DNA of 64,000 nucleotides from Thermoplasmatota archaeon (GTDB lineage Archaea; Thermoplasmatota; JAKEGO01): NCBI GenBank assembly GCA_028279595.1, contig JANQNK010000001.1, positions 32,001 to 96,000 of the forward strand, read 5' to 3'. Shown piece by piece: positions 48,853 to 58,228 of this stretch (position 1 is its first letter; each line of letters starts with the position of its first letter). The notes under the pieces were generated by a model. It saw only the letters and a program-made list of their open reading frames with translations, ran no database searches and was not told where the DNA came from. The position numbers and the translations under genes were made by a program.

Positions 48853-51440
48853 AGCTGTTTTAATTGGTCAGAGTATTGTTTCAATCTTCGCTTATCTCCA
48901 CTTATAGAATAGAGGTTACATTTCTCTTCGAAAACTAGTTCAAGTGCTTTTTCATCATTAAGCTCACGAGCAATCTCTTCACCCATATTAAGAAATCGCT
49001 CTGCTATCTGATAATCTCCTCTCATTGCGTAAAATGACCCATAACCAACCTTTGAATATATGAATCCTGAGGCAAAATGGACGTTGTAAAAGGTTCTCGT
49101 ACTCTCCTTTAGATATTCTAATGCCTTAGAAAAATCGCTTGATTCAATATAAACGCTGGCCAAATTATATTGCATTACTGCAGTTAACCGATAGTTACCT
49201 GTTGATAATCCTATCTCAATCCCGCGAATCCAATTTCGTTTCGCAGAATGCAAATCACCCTGTCTGTAATATAAACGTCCAACATAGTTCAATGCCTCTG
49301 CAAGATTGTATAATGCCCCTTCCTCTTCGAAAATTCGTGCAGCTTCAAGTGCACAATTGAGGTTTTCGTCAGTTATGAAACTTCTTGCCATCAGGACCTT
49401 TCCCTCAAGAATATTATCCTTCTCTCCTTTTGCGAGAACAATGGCTTCTTTAAAGGCATCTTCACCTTGATCCTTCTTCCCCAATCGTGTGAACGCTTTC
49501 CCCTTCCAATGTAACGCCTCTGCCCTATTCATAGGAGTAACAAATTCATTGTCAACTATTATTTCATCCATCATAGCAATACATTTGTCAAATTGCCCCT
49601 CGTAATAATATCCACGTCCAATGATCATTTTACCCTTATATTTGAACTTATCATATTCGGATAGACTGTTGGACTCGATACTTTTAATAATTTCTTTAGT
49701 TTCATGATATTCTCCTAAGGATAAATGTGTTTCTAATCTGAATATATTGAAACGAGATAACCACTCAAGATCAATAACATCAACAAAATTCTCGATTATC
49801 TCCTGTATTTCACCCACATATCCGTATTCAATAAATCGCGGTAAGAATTCATTTAACAATTCTATACCTTTTGAAAAGGATTTTCCATACATGTAGTGAT
49901 AAAATGCTTCAACCTGATCTTCGAATCGAGATTCAGATAATGATTTAGCTGCTTCTATGTGAAGATCTCTCCTCATTGACTCAGGAATTCCTTCATAAAT
50001 AACTCCACGAATCATATCGTGAAGAGCTATTTCACTACCTGTTTCAGCGATTAAAGATAGTGAAATTAATCGGAATAATATATCAATATCTTCTTCCGTT
50101 CTTGTAATTAAATCAATGCTAATTGGTTTTCTATAAACTGCAACTTTACGGAGAAATGAACGCAAATCCGGAGAGAGATTATTCATAATCTCATCTTTTA
50201 CATACGTTGATAAATTCGAAGCCCCATCGAGTCCATCTGTCCCCCCTATTAGATCGATGGCAAGCGGATGGCCCCCAGTCACTTGATAGATTGTTGGATA
50301 ATGAGAAGGATCAATAATCCCTCTCTCCTCTAGCAGAGACTTCATTGAGGTGTAATCAATGCCACCAAGATGCATCTCATAAACCTTTTTTTCTGCGATC
50401 ACGTCTTTTTGACCATAGAATTCCGGACTCAACCTAGAAAGAACGCACATATGAAGGTCATCGGAACTCGATACAATTGTGAATATCATACTGATAAGTC
50501 GTTTGGTATCCTCATTCGCTTTTTGATAGTCGTCGAATACGATAATAACATTTTCTCCGCTGAGATCTTCAGAAATAATTTGATGTACCTCCCAGAGGTC
50601 AAAGTGCTGTATCCCATCTACATCTCCGTCGTGTAATCCAGCCTTGAGATAATCCATGAGTCGAGCCTTATTAATATCATTTAGAAACTTCGATAGGACG
50701 ACTAATATACTTCGTGCAGAGTCCCATTCATGTATCGGGTAATAAATCGTTTCATAACCATAATAGGTGGATAAAAAACTCGATATTAATGACGTTTTCC
50801 CCATTCCAGGAAGGCCAATTATTACTATTGTGTTAGGTCCATTATCGATGAGATCTTCAAGGAGTCCCAACTCATTCTCACGCCCAACAATTTTGATTTC
50901 AGGTAAAGAAATATGGTGATTGATACGGCCAATTTCATCTATGACGGATTTTAAAGATATATTCTCAATAAGGTCTCCTTCAGTAACGATATTAGAGAAT
51001 ACTTTCTCAAACCTAATAAAAAATTCAAATGTAGGAATTTCCGCTCCATATATCCTGTAAATCTGAGAAAAAGTCATGTGCTCTAGTGTTCCATCTTTTA
51101 ATATTTGGAATTCCTCGTTATTTACTCTGGACGCGACTTCGTTCGCTACTGTATACCCTTCTGTTGATAAGAAATATACAAATCGAACGCGGCGCCCCCC
51201 CTCAATATTTGACTTTTTTTGCTCCACAAGGTTCATATGACGCAACTCTTTCAAAGCCCTTGAAGCATGATTCCATCGAATGCCGACCGATTCTGCAATA
51301 CCTTCTTGGGTGATATCATGAGGAAGACTTTTTACCACAAACTCCGCATCCATATCTATGGGGTCCAACATATTATCGATCGGGAAATCCAAGAGGAAGA
51401 ACAAGACACGGTCCTTTACCGTTAGCTCTTCGAATGTCAT
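48843..51440 (-). CDS. wHTH - STAND (NB-ARC/AP-ATPase-like) - TPR protein, paralog 1
   Basis: N-terminal TQEGIAESVGIRWNHASRALKEL wHTH; Walker A GLPGMGKTS, Walker B IVFDDY, VLSR and GGHPLA; C-terminal TPRs; AT-rich. Confidence 0.9.
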   Translation of the reverse strand: MTFEELTVKDRVLFFLLDFPIDNMLDPIDMDAEFVVKSLPHDITQEGIAESVGIRWNHASRALKELRHMNLVEQKKSNIEGGRRVRFVYFLSTEGYTVANEVASRVNNEEFQILKDGTLEHMTFSQIYRIYGAEIPTFEFFIRFEKVFSNIVTEGDLIENISLKSVIDEIGRINHHISLPEIKIVGRENELGLLEDLIDNGPNTIVIIGLPGMGKTSLISSFLSTYYGYETIYYPIHEWDSARSILVVLSKFLNDINKARLMDYLKAGLHDGDVDGIQHFDLWEVHQIISEDLSGENVIIVFDDYQKANEDTKRLISMIFTIVSSSDDLHMCVLSRLSPEFYGQKDVIAEKKVYEMHLGGIDYTSMKSLLEERGIIDPSHYPTIYQVTGGHPLAIDLIGGTDGLDGASNLSTYVKDEIMNNLSPDLRSFLRKVAVYRKPISIDLITRTEEDIDILFRLISLSLIAETGSEIALHDMIRGVIYEGIPESMRRDLHIEAAKSLSESRFEDQVEAFYHYMYGKSFSKGIELLNEFLPRFIEYGYVGEIQEIIENFVDVIDLEWLSRFNIFRLETHLSLGEYHETKEIIKSIESNSLSEYDKFKYKGKMIIGRGYYYEGQFDKCIAMMDEIIVDNEFVTPMNRAEALHWKGKAFTRLGKKDQGEDAFKEAIVLAKGEKDNILEGKVLMARSFITDENLNCALEAARIFEEEGALYNLAEALNYVGRLYYRQGDLHSAKRNWIRGIEIGLSTGNYRLTAVMQYNLASVYIESSDFSKALEYLKESTRTFYNVHFASGFIYSKVGYGSFYAMRGDYQIAERFLNMGEEIARELNDEKALELVFEEKCNLYSISGDKRRLKQYSDQLKQLQS

Positions 51441-51488
51441 GATTGCTGTATGTTTCTTTTAATATATAAAATTTCCTTAAGTAAGATA

Positions 51489-51509
51489 TAAATTACGCTA
51501 TGTAATTTA
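51489..51509. promoter_or_regulatory. Palindromic operator candidate in the divergent promoter
   Basis: TAAATTAC-GCTAT-GTAATTTA is a perfect 8-bp inverted repeat overlapping a TATA-like GATATAAA. Confidence 0.5.
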
Positions 51510-51588
51510 GTACAAGCCGAAACACCGCATTTTCCTATCCAGATAATAGATTTTTCGACCTTTGGGGGGGGGAGGAGGTGTAAGACAT

Positions 51589-51651
51589 ATGCCAGGAAAG
51601 TATGGACTACTCGTAAGAATGGAAAGCTTGAAAGAGATCGGGAGGAACTGA
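51589..51651 (+). CDS. Peptide 1, 20 aa (MPGKYGLLVRMESLKEIGRN)
   Basis: Strong GGAGGAGGTG SD 8 nt upstream; homologous to peptide 2. Confidence 0.75.
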   Translation: MPGKYGLLVRMESLKEIGRN

Positions 51652-51664
51652 GGGGGTTTTGCTT

Positions 51665-52360
51665 ATGAATGGTAGAATACTCGCTACTATAGCATTGACC
51701 AGCCTCCTTGTGTTGTCGTTGACTGTGATCGCGACGCCGCCCGAGGCGAAGAGGTGGGCGCTCATTGTGGCGCCTGAGCATGAAGGTGGAACGGTATACG
51801 AGGATGCCCTCGATATGTACGACTATCTGAAGGATGAGGGATGGACCGATGATGAGATTATCTTCCTGACCGATGGATCCGAGGAGAGTTTCGTTGATGG
51901 TGACGCATCGGCTGAAGAGATATACGCAGCTTTCAGTCATCTTGCATTAAACGTCAATTCCATCGACACTGTTGTGATTGTCTTAGGTGACAATGGGGCA
52001 TTCGGAACTGAAGATTTCTATCTCATCTCATCTGACGATATTCAGATCTCGAGTTGGGATATTGGTCTTCAGCTTGACGCAATAAATACCCAGGATATGG
52101 CTGTTGTTGTCTCGTTTGACTATTCCGGTGGCTTCATCGACAACCTCGCGGGCAACGACCGTCTGGTACTAACCAGCCACGGTATTGAGTCCACGTCAAG
52201 CAACGCCTACAATCTTGCGGATGGTCTGACAGAAGAGGATGCAGACGCGAACGAAGATGGTGTCGTCTCATTCGAAGAGGCACATAGCTGGGTAGCTGAA
52301 GAGATCAGTGGACAGTCTCCCCAGATAAGTGACAACATCTACGGAGAATTCACGATCTGA
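51665..52360 (+). CDS. Secreted caspase/C13-C14-fold protein, catalytic dyad substituted (pseudo-protease)
   Basis: Signal peptide; RWALIV, DALDMYDYL..GW..I..L.D, AD.N.DG.VSFEEA and QSPQ. The His site reads GDNG and the Cys site reads SFDYSGGF. Confidence 0.8.
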   Translation: MNGRILATIALTSLLVLSLTVIATPPEAKRWALIVAPEHEGGTVYEDALDMYDYLKDEGWTDDEIIFLTDGSEESFVDGDASAEEIYAAFSHLALNVNSIDTVVIVLGDNGAFGTEDFYLISSDDIQISSWDIGLQLDAINTQDMAVVVSFDYSGGFIDNLAGNDRLVLTSHGIESTSSNAYNLADGLTEEDADANEDGVVSFEEAHSWVAEEISGQSPQISDNIYGEFTI

Positions 52361-52366
52361 GGTGAT

Positions 52367-52432
52367 ATGGTGAAGGGTAAGTATTCACATCTCGTGCATG
52401 CTGAGACTCTGAAGGAACTCGGCCTCAAGTGA
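52367..52432 (+). CDS. Peptide 2, 21 aa (MVKGKYSHLVHAETLKELGLK)
   Basis: GAGGTGA SD overlapping the upstream stop; 10 of 16 core residues identical to peptide 1. Confidence 0.75.
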   Translation: MVKGKYSHLVHAETLKELGLK

Positions 52433-55157
52433 GGCCGGCCTTCTCTATAATCTCCTGAGCCTCGCCTTCAAGTTTATCCGCTAAGGGATCCTTACCTATG
52501 GAACGGTATAGTTCGATAGCAATCTGGATAAGTTCCACACCCCGGGCAGGCTCATCAGCCGCAATATTCATTTGACCATACTGGTAGTTCGCCTCTGCGA
52601 GGAGAACAGGAATATTCATACCGGTAATCTCATGAATCGTTGTCACAAATTGGTCTTCCGCCTCCTCCCAACGTTTTTCATTTGATAATACAACTGCAGA
52701 TTCAATCCCAATGTAAGCTAATCCAACCCGATCCCCTAATTTTGTTAAGATTTCTTTTGATTGAGACAGGCAATCCCATGCAGCTTGAAAATCACCTCTT
52801 CTAGTCATCACATCTGAGCTATTGAACAACGCCCAAGCCTTCAATTTTGGATAACCACTATTTTCTGCTACGGTAATTGATTTTTTCCAATAGTCTAATG
52901 CCTCATCAAACAATTCAGCATTATAATGGACAGTTCCAAGATTATTGTAAACCCTTCCTAAGGCATAACTCATTCCCATATCAGAGAACGCTTGAATTGC
53001 TGTGTTATAAAGCTCTATTGCTCGTTCCATCTCTGTAATTCTAATATTATTTGCCATATCAACTAAGATCTCACTTTCAAGTAACGAATCATTTGCATTC
53101 TGTGCCAACTCAAGTGCCTTTTCAAAATATTCAGTAGCTTCTTCGGACTCACCATTCCGCCAATGGACCTGTCCAATACTTCGATAAGCATCGCCAAGTA
53201 TAACTGAATCATCGATCTTCTCGGATATTTCGACACTCGCTTTGAAGTGGTCCAAGGCATCCTTCCAATTGGCCCTTTCATAATCGATCTTTCCGAGGTT
53301 CTTCCAGGCAGACCCAAGGACCGGTTGATTATCAGTTCCAGCCCACTTGATCGCCTCTTGGTTCTTCTCTTCTGCGGTATCCCAATTGTTCAATCCCATC
53401 TCAATGTCGGCGATCAACAGGAGGAAATCTGCCCTGAGCTTCTTCGGGACGTCCGTCGTTTCAATGTCAAGTGTATTCTTGAGGTCTTCAAGATAACCGC
53501 GAAGGATGAGTTCCCTTCCTCTCTCGACAGCAAGGTCAGCAGCCCTTCCCGTCTCACCGCCGCTCTTGTAATGGTATATCGCCTCCAGGATCGGCTCCTC
53601 TCCTTCAGCTGACAGGAAATATCCGGCCGCATTCAGATGCTGTCCACGTATCTCTTCCTTCGGTATTGTAGATATCAGGAACTCCCGGATCAGGTCCGAG
53701 ACCTTGTAACCAGAATAGGTGATCTCCTGAACCAGGATATGATTGATCAATTCCTCCAGGATGTCGTATTCCGAGGTTGATTCGATGAATGCCTCTGGAA
53801 GGACCGGTCTTCTGAAGATCGCCAGCTTGGTGATGAACTCCCTCTCGGCCGGCTCCAGCTGTGAAAGGATCTCGCTCTGAATGAACCTTCGCAACTCACT
53901 GGGCTTGACCAGGTCGTGCGGATCTCGCATGAGCTCGATCGAGAGGGGATGACCTCCAGTCGCCTCGTAGATCCTACTGATGTCGGGGACCTGCAGGTCC
54001 TTTGCCTCGAGGAGCAACCTGGTGCTATCGAGGTCCAGCCCCATCAATCGCTGCTCCTGAACCCTGCCTGAGATTATGTCCTTTTGCGTATAGAATGCCG
54101 GGATGTTCCTCGTCAATACGACGATGTTCGGGCCCCCGTATCTCTCAAAAACCTCCAGGAACAGGCTGAGAAGACCTCCCATCCGGTCCTCCGCCTTCTG
54201 CAGGTCGTCGAAGATCAACAATCCTTCCATGTCCTGGAAGTCCTTGGAGACCAGCTCGAAGATGTCATAGAGGTCGATCGTGATGTGCTCCTCCTCCACC
54301 GAGGAGAGCCTCTTCTTCGACCTCATGTATCTCCGGAGGTTATCCTTTCCAAGCTTGTGCAGGAATTCCGTAAGTGGTGTGAGAACAGCACGATAGGTGT
54401 CCCACTCATGGAACTGGTAATAGTAGATGTTCATCTCTGGCGAATACTTCTCGATGAGCTTGTTGGCGAGCGAGCTCTTGCCGATACCCGCGATCCCCTG
54501 GACCACGACGACTCTACATTCACCCTTGAGGTGAGTATCGATCGACTCGAGATCCTCCTCGCGGCCGAAGAAGTGCCTGGGAGCGGGCAAACCCTCGACA
54601 TGAACGATGAAGGGCCGAGCCTCGTCCTCCTCCCTTCTCTTGGCGTCCTCGAGGAGCATGTCTACATTGATCTCATCCGCAGATGGGATATTGACGTCCC
54701 TGATCAGGTCCAGGGCAGTGATGTCCCCACCCACATGGGTCATGATCTCTTCGAGGGTCCCCGAGATCTTCTCCTTCTTGAAGGTCGCATCGTAGTCCAT
54801 GTCCATGACCTGATCGAGCCTGGACCTGCCGAGCTCCAATCCCTTGTGGTTCAGGAAATAGACGTTCCGGCGCTTCTCAACACCGATGATATTCGCCTTC
54901 TTGGTTATCATGACGTCGAAGGTCTCGAACTCCTTCAGGGCCCTGGAGACGTGAGTCCACTTGATGCCCACAGCCTTCGCTATCCCTTCCTGAGTGACAT
55001 CGATAGGCATGGATTCAATGATCGTGTCCAGGGACTCCCATTCATGCCCCATGTACCTCTCGGCGGAGTAGTCCATGAGATGGATCAGGATCTTGTCCTT
55101 CACCGTGATCATGTCCGCATGGGGCACGATCGGCCCCATCTCCTCCGCTTCCGCCAT
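52425..55157 (-). CDS. wHTH - STAND - TPR protein, paralog 2
   Basis: TQEGIAKAVGIKWTHVSRALKEF; GIAGIGKSS, LIFDDL, VLTR and GGHPLS; many TPRs. Start is 55157 or 55112. Confidence 0.9.
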   Translation of the reverse strand: MAEAEEMGPIVPHADMITVKDKILIHLMDYSAERYMGHEWESLDTIIESMPIDVTQEGIAKAVGIKWTHVSRALKEFETFDVMITKKANIIGVEKRRNVYFLNHKGLELGRSRLDQVMDMDYDATFKKEKISGTLEEIMTHVGGDITALDLIRDVNIPSADEINVDMLLEDAKRREEDEARPFIVHVEGLPAPRHFFGREEDLESIDTHLKGECRVVVVQGIAGIGKSSLANKLIEKYSPEMNIYYYQFHEWDTYRAVLTPLTEFLHKLGKDNLRRYMRSKKRLSSVEEEHITIDLYDIFELVSKDFQDMEGLLIFDDLQKAEDRMGGLLSLFLEVFERYGGPNIVVLTRNIPAFYTQKDIISGRVQEQRLMGLDLDSTRLLLEAKDLQVPDISRIYEATGGHPLSIELMRDPHDLVKPSELRRFIQSEILSQLEPAEREFITKLAIFRRPVLPEAFIESTSEYDILEELINHILVQEITYSGYKVSDLIREFLISTIPKEEIRGQHLNAAGYFLSAEGEEPILEAIYHYKSGGETGRAADLAVERGRELILRGYLEDLKNTLDIETTDVPKKLRADFLLLIADIEMGLNNWDTAEEKNQEAIKWAGTDNQPVLGSAWKNLGKIDYERANWKDALDHFKASVEISEKIDDSVILGDAYRSIGQVHWRNGESEEATEYFEKALELAQNANDSLLESEILVDMANNIRITEMERAIELYNTAIQAFSDMGMSYALGRVYNNLGTVHYNAELFDEALDYWKKSITVAENSGYPKLKAWALFNSSDVMTRRGDFQAAWDCLSQSKEILTKLGDRVGLAYIGIESAVVLSNEKRWEEAEDQFVTTIHEITGMNIPVLLAEANYQYGQMNIAADEPARGVELIQIAIELYRSIGKDPLADKLEGEAQEIIEKAGLT

Positions 55158-55311
55158 ACCATATCCAGCATTCCCGCCAGTATTATTTAAACCCAATGCG
55201 GGGTCCAGGCATATCGATATATATCCGGTTGAAGATATTGTCATCCGGTGCGGGATGGAGAAGCGCTACAAGGATCACAGGATATACTCGTGTTTTGCCC
55301 TAAATTTCCTT

Positions 55312-55644
55312 GTGAGCGCCATCGGTATCAACCTTTACCAGGAAGAACTTGAGGAGCGGATCGACGACGTTCTTGAAGATACGGATGTCAAGGTCACCAA
55401 GGATGACATTCGGCACGAGCTGCAGACGAATCACAAGATGACTAGCAGCGTGTTGGGCTACCTTGTCGAGGAAGGGCACATCACGATGGAGCTTGAGGGG
55501 AGATCGTACCGGATCAGGATCACCAGAAGCGGAATACTACACATTAGGGAGTTCAACAAGTTCTATAGCGCATTGTATTCGTCGCAGATCTTGGATCATT
55601 ATCGGTTCAGAGGATTGCCGAGCTGGTTTACTGATATTTCATAA
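55312..55644 (+). CDS. Small winged-helix-like protein, divergent from STAND paralog 2; start uncertain (55255 or 55312)
   Basis: KDDIRHELQTNHKMTSSVLGYLVEEGHI....YRIRITRSG resembles a wHTH helix plus wing. Confidence 0.6.
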   Translation: MSAIGINLYQEELEERIDDVLEDTDVKVTKDDIRHELQTNHKMTSSVLGYLVEEGHITMELEGRSYRIRITRSGILHIREFNKFYSALYSSQILDHYRFRGLPSWFTDIS

Positions 55645-55818
55645 TGATTGTTGATATACTTATTACAATGGAGTAACGCTAGAAATTAATCAAATCAATA
55701 ATTATACTAATTCTTTGTTTTAATTCAGGCTATCGTATCCGATAACACATAATCATTAAATCCATTGTTGAATATTTATTTATATTCTAAACGGAGTCTA
55801 CGTATGGGTGTTTAAAAA

Positions 55819-57417
55819 ATGGGAAGAATTGGACGTGTAAGTGAGGAGAAAATACTAAGTCTTCAAATGATTCTTTCTGAAGTTACCCGGGCTGATATTA
55901 AACCAAAGAAAGATATTTTTTTCGTCGACCCGTACAATAACTTAAAGACTTTATCAACTCAAGCTAATCATGTCGTGTTTGGTCGCCGTGGATCTGGTAA
56001 AACGTTATTACTGTCTCAATTATTTCAAGAAAAACAAAAAAAATATCTCCCAGTTTCAATCGATTGTGAGCGGTGGAAGGAATTAACTTATCCTAATTTA
56101 TTGCTAAAAATTCTCATTGAAATATTCTCACAAATTCAAGATGAATATGAATCTAGTAAACCATCCATTATTTCCTTAAAAAAACGAAAGCGGAAACATC
56201 AACAATCGCAATTAAATAATCTCCAAGCTGAGCTTGAGAAACGGCTCCTTGAAGCTGACGAAATTAAAGTAGATCGGCATGATGTCAAAACCGAAAAAAA
56301 ACTGAGAGAATTTGATGTCGGCCTTCAATCAAAAATCACAGGAAAAGTATCAAGGAAGAAAGCAGTTTCAGAAAAAGTCTCACGGCAATATCCGCAACAC
56401 ATTCTTAAAATTGAATATCTAAATAACAATGTCGATAAATTTAGTGAAATTATATCACGTTCCGCTGAAGTTCTTCAGAAAGAATGCATTTTCCTTTTAT
56501 TCGATGATTTCTACTATATCTCAATTGATGACCAGTTTAGGATAAGCGACTTTTTACATAGAGTTTGTAAAAACACTAATATCTATTACAAATTAGCTAC
56601 AATTCGACACCGCACAACCCTATATCAAAGAAAAGCAGATAGCTACATTCAAGGAATTCAAGAAGGGGCTGATTTTATGCCTATCGATTTAGACTTTTCA
56701 CTGGAAGAAGATATGGATCTCATGTTGGATTTTCTCAACGATATACTAGATCATTATTGCCAATTAACAGGAATCCATTATCCCGACTTATTTGTCGATG
56801 GTGACAATGGTGTTGGTCGCCTTATTTGGGCATCGGGTGGAGTACCACGGGATTTGTTACATATCTTTTTACAGTCATTGAAAATCATGAAACGAGATCA
56901 CAAAAATCGAATTCACAGAATTGGAAAAGACCAAATTAACGAGGCCGCATACGTATACTGCCGGAGGAATAAACTCGCAGAATTTCATACTGAGTTTGGA
57001 GATAATGAACAATTACTATCCGCAAATAACGATCTCTTAGCCTACGTTGGATACTTAAAGCGTAAAACCGGATTCATTGTTAAAGAAACGAAGATACCAA
57101 CGGAATTCCACAACACGCTTAATATCCTTCAAGACTTGAGGTTAATTCATCTTTATGATAAAATGTTCTACTCAAAAACATATCACGACAATCCATATAC
57201 TGCGTATATTCTTGATATTGGACAATATAGCGAAATACTTCAAAGGCGAGGCCCAATAATTAAGGAATTTAATATATTACGGCATATGGATAAGTCAGGA
57301 GATAACGAATTGAGATCTGACGCGCCCCCAGTTACTGCGGATATTATCGTTGGGATGTATGATAAGTATCTCCATGAAATCGGAATCGAACAGAAAGTGA
57401 TCACAGAATTCTCCTAG
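55819..57417 (+). CDS. P-loop ATPase, ORC/CDC6-like STAND-related; AT-rich
   Basis: VFGRRGSGKT, FLLFDDF and ASGGVPRD motifs; wHTH-like C-terminal region. Confidence 0.8.
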   Translation: MGRIGRVSEEKILSLQMILSEVTRADIKPKKDIFFVDPYNNLKTLSTQANHVVFGRRGSGKTLLLSQLFQEKQKKYLPVSIDCERWKELTYPNLLLKILIEIFSQIQDEYESSKPSIISLKKRKRKHQQSQLNNLQAELEKRLLEADEIKVDRHDVKTEKKLREFDVGLQSKITGKVSRKKAVSEKVSRQYPQHILKIEYLNNNVDKFSEIISRSAEVLQKECIFLLFDDFYYISIDDQFRISDFLHRVCKNTNIYYKLATIRHRTTLYQRKADSYIQGIQEGADFMPIDLDFSLEEDMDLMLDFLNDILDHYCQLTGIHYPDLFVDGDNGVGRLIWASGGVPRDLLHIFLQSLKIMKRDHKNRIHRIGKDQINEAAYVYCRRNKLAEFHTEFGDNEQLLSANNDLLAYVGYLKRKTGFIVKETKIPTEFHNTLNILQDLRLIHLYDKMFYSKTYHDNPYTAYILDIGQYSEILQRRGPIIKEFNILRHMDKSGDNELRSDAPPVTADIIVGMYDKYLHEIGIEQKVITEFS

Positions 57418-57437
57418 GAATTGAAGAACTGATTAAT

Positions 57438-57716
57438 TCATGATATACCCATGATAAATGTGATAAACATAATTAATCCGCCTATTGTGACAACAATCTT
57501 GATAATTATCCAAGTCTTGATTGCACCCGCTTTAACTTGTTTAAATGTAATGGTTCTGTCCCAACTAAGGCTTGAATGACCGACCCCACCTCCAAGTTCC
57601 GACCCAAATCCAAAGTAATCAATATCTGTTAAAGAATCGCCGCTTCGGTTCAGGTCCAATGCCAAATAGTGATCATTTAACGGCAGTTCAACCTTCTGAG
57701 GTGATGAAGCATTCAT
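57438..57716 (-). CDS. Hypothetical protein with C-terminal TM helix
   Basis: The ORF abuts the upstream gene and has a hydrophobic C-terminus. Confidence 0.35.
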   Translation of the reverse strand: MNASSPQKVELPLNDHYLALDLNRSGDSLTDIDYFGFGSELGGGVGHSSLSWDRTITFKQVKAGAIKTWIIIKIVVTIGGLIMFITFIMGIS

Positions 57717-58228
57717 TATACATCACTAGTGGCTTGGTTCGTTACCTGCTCGATATGTACTGGATTTATAGCTTCAAAAAACCATTGAGCATATAATCGG
57801 CCAATAAATATCGCACGCAATCCCCTCATGAAATGATCCTTTGATAATCCATCAAAATATATCATATATCGAAACTGAATTTCTTCAATAATTAAATTCG
57901 GGTGGTTAATAATAAATTCTGCTTGAAGGGGTAATAATTTCATTCTTAAATCGTGAATTATTCCCCATCGGTCCTGAGGGATGAGTGATCGAAATTGATC
58001 AGTCATATATTCATCAATTCTGAATGAGGTCACTAGTAACAACATGTCCTTTCTGTCCTTTGGATTCATGATAATACTCCAAAGATTAGAATCAGGCGGA
58101 TGGTTAACTTTATACTGGAAAATGGCTTCATCCACATTCATTCTTTCTAACTTCAAGTTCGTCTCTTTACACCAACGGTGAATAACCCTTCTTACATTTT
58201 TCTCACTGATGACCAATTGATCACCCAA
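57716..58228 (-). CDS. DUF2299-like protein
   Basis: PKDRKDMLLL...IYFDGLSKDHFM pattern; TTG start. Confidence 0.65.
   Translation of the reverse strand: MGDQLVISEKNVRRVIHRWCKETNLKLERMNVDEAIFQYKVNHPPDSNLWSIIMNPKDRKDMLLLVTSFRIDEYMTDQFRSLIPQDRWGIIHDLRMKLLPLQAEFIINHPNLIIEEIQFRYMIYFDGLSKDHFMRGLRAIFIGRLYAQWFFEAINPVHIEQVTNQATSDV

Noticed and set aside
51437-51940. 167-aa minus-strand ORF
   Set aside because: It runs antisense across the pseudo-caspase, peptide 1 and the promoter, and has no protein-like features.
48843-55157. Classical Avs antiphage system with an active caspase effector
   Set aside because: The N-termini are wHTH rather than nuclease, TIR or SIR2. The caspase-fold protein is secreted and lacks His/Cys. 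A defence role is not excluded.
54084-55190. 368-aa plus-strand ORF
   Set aside because: It is an antisense shadow of STAND-TPR-2.
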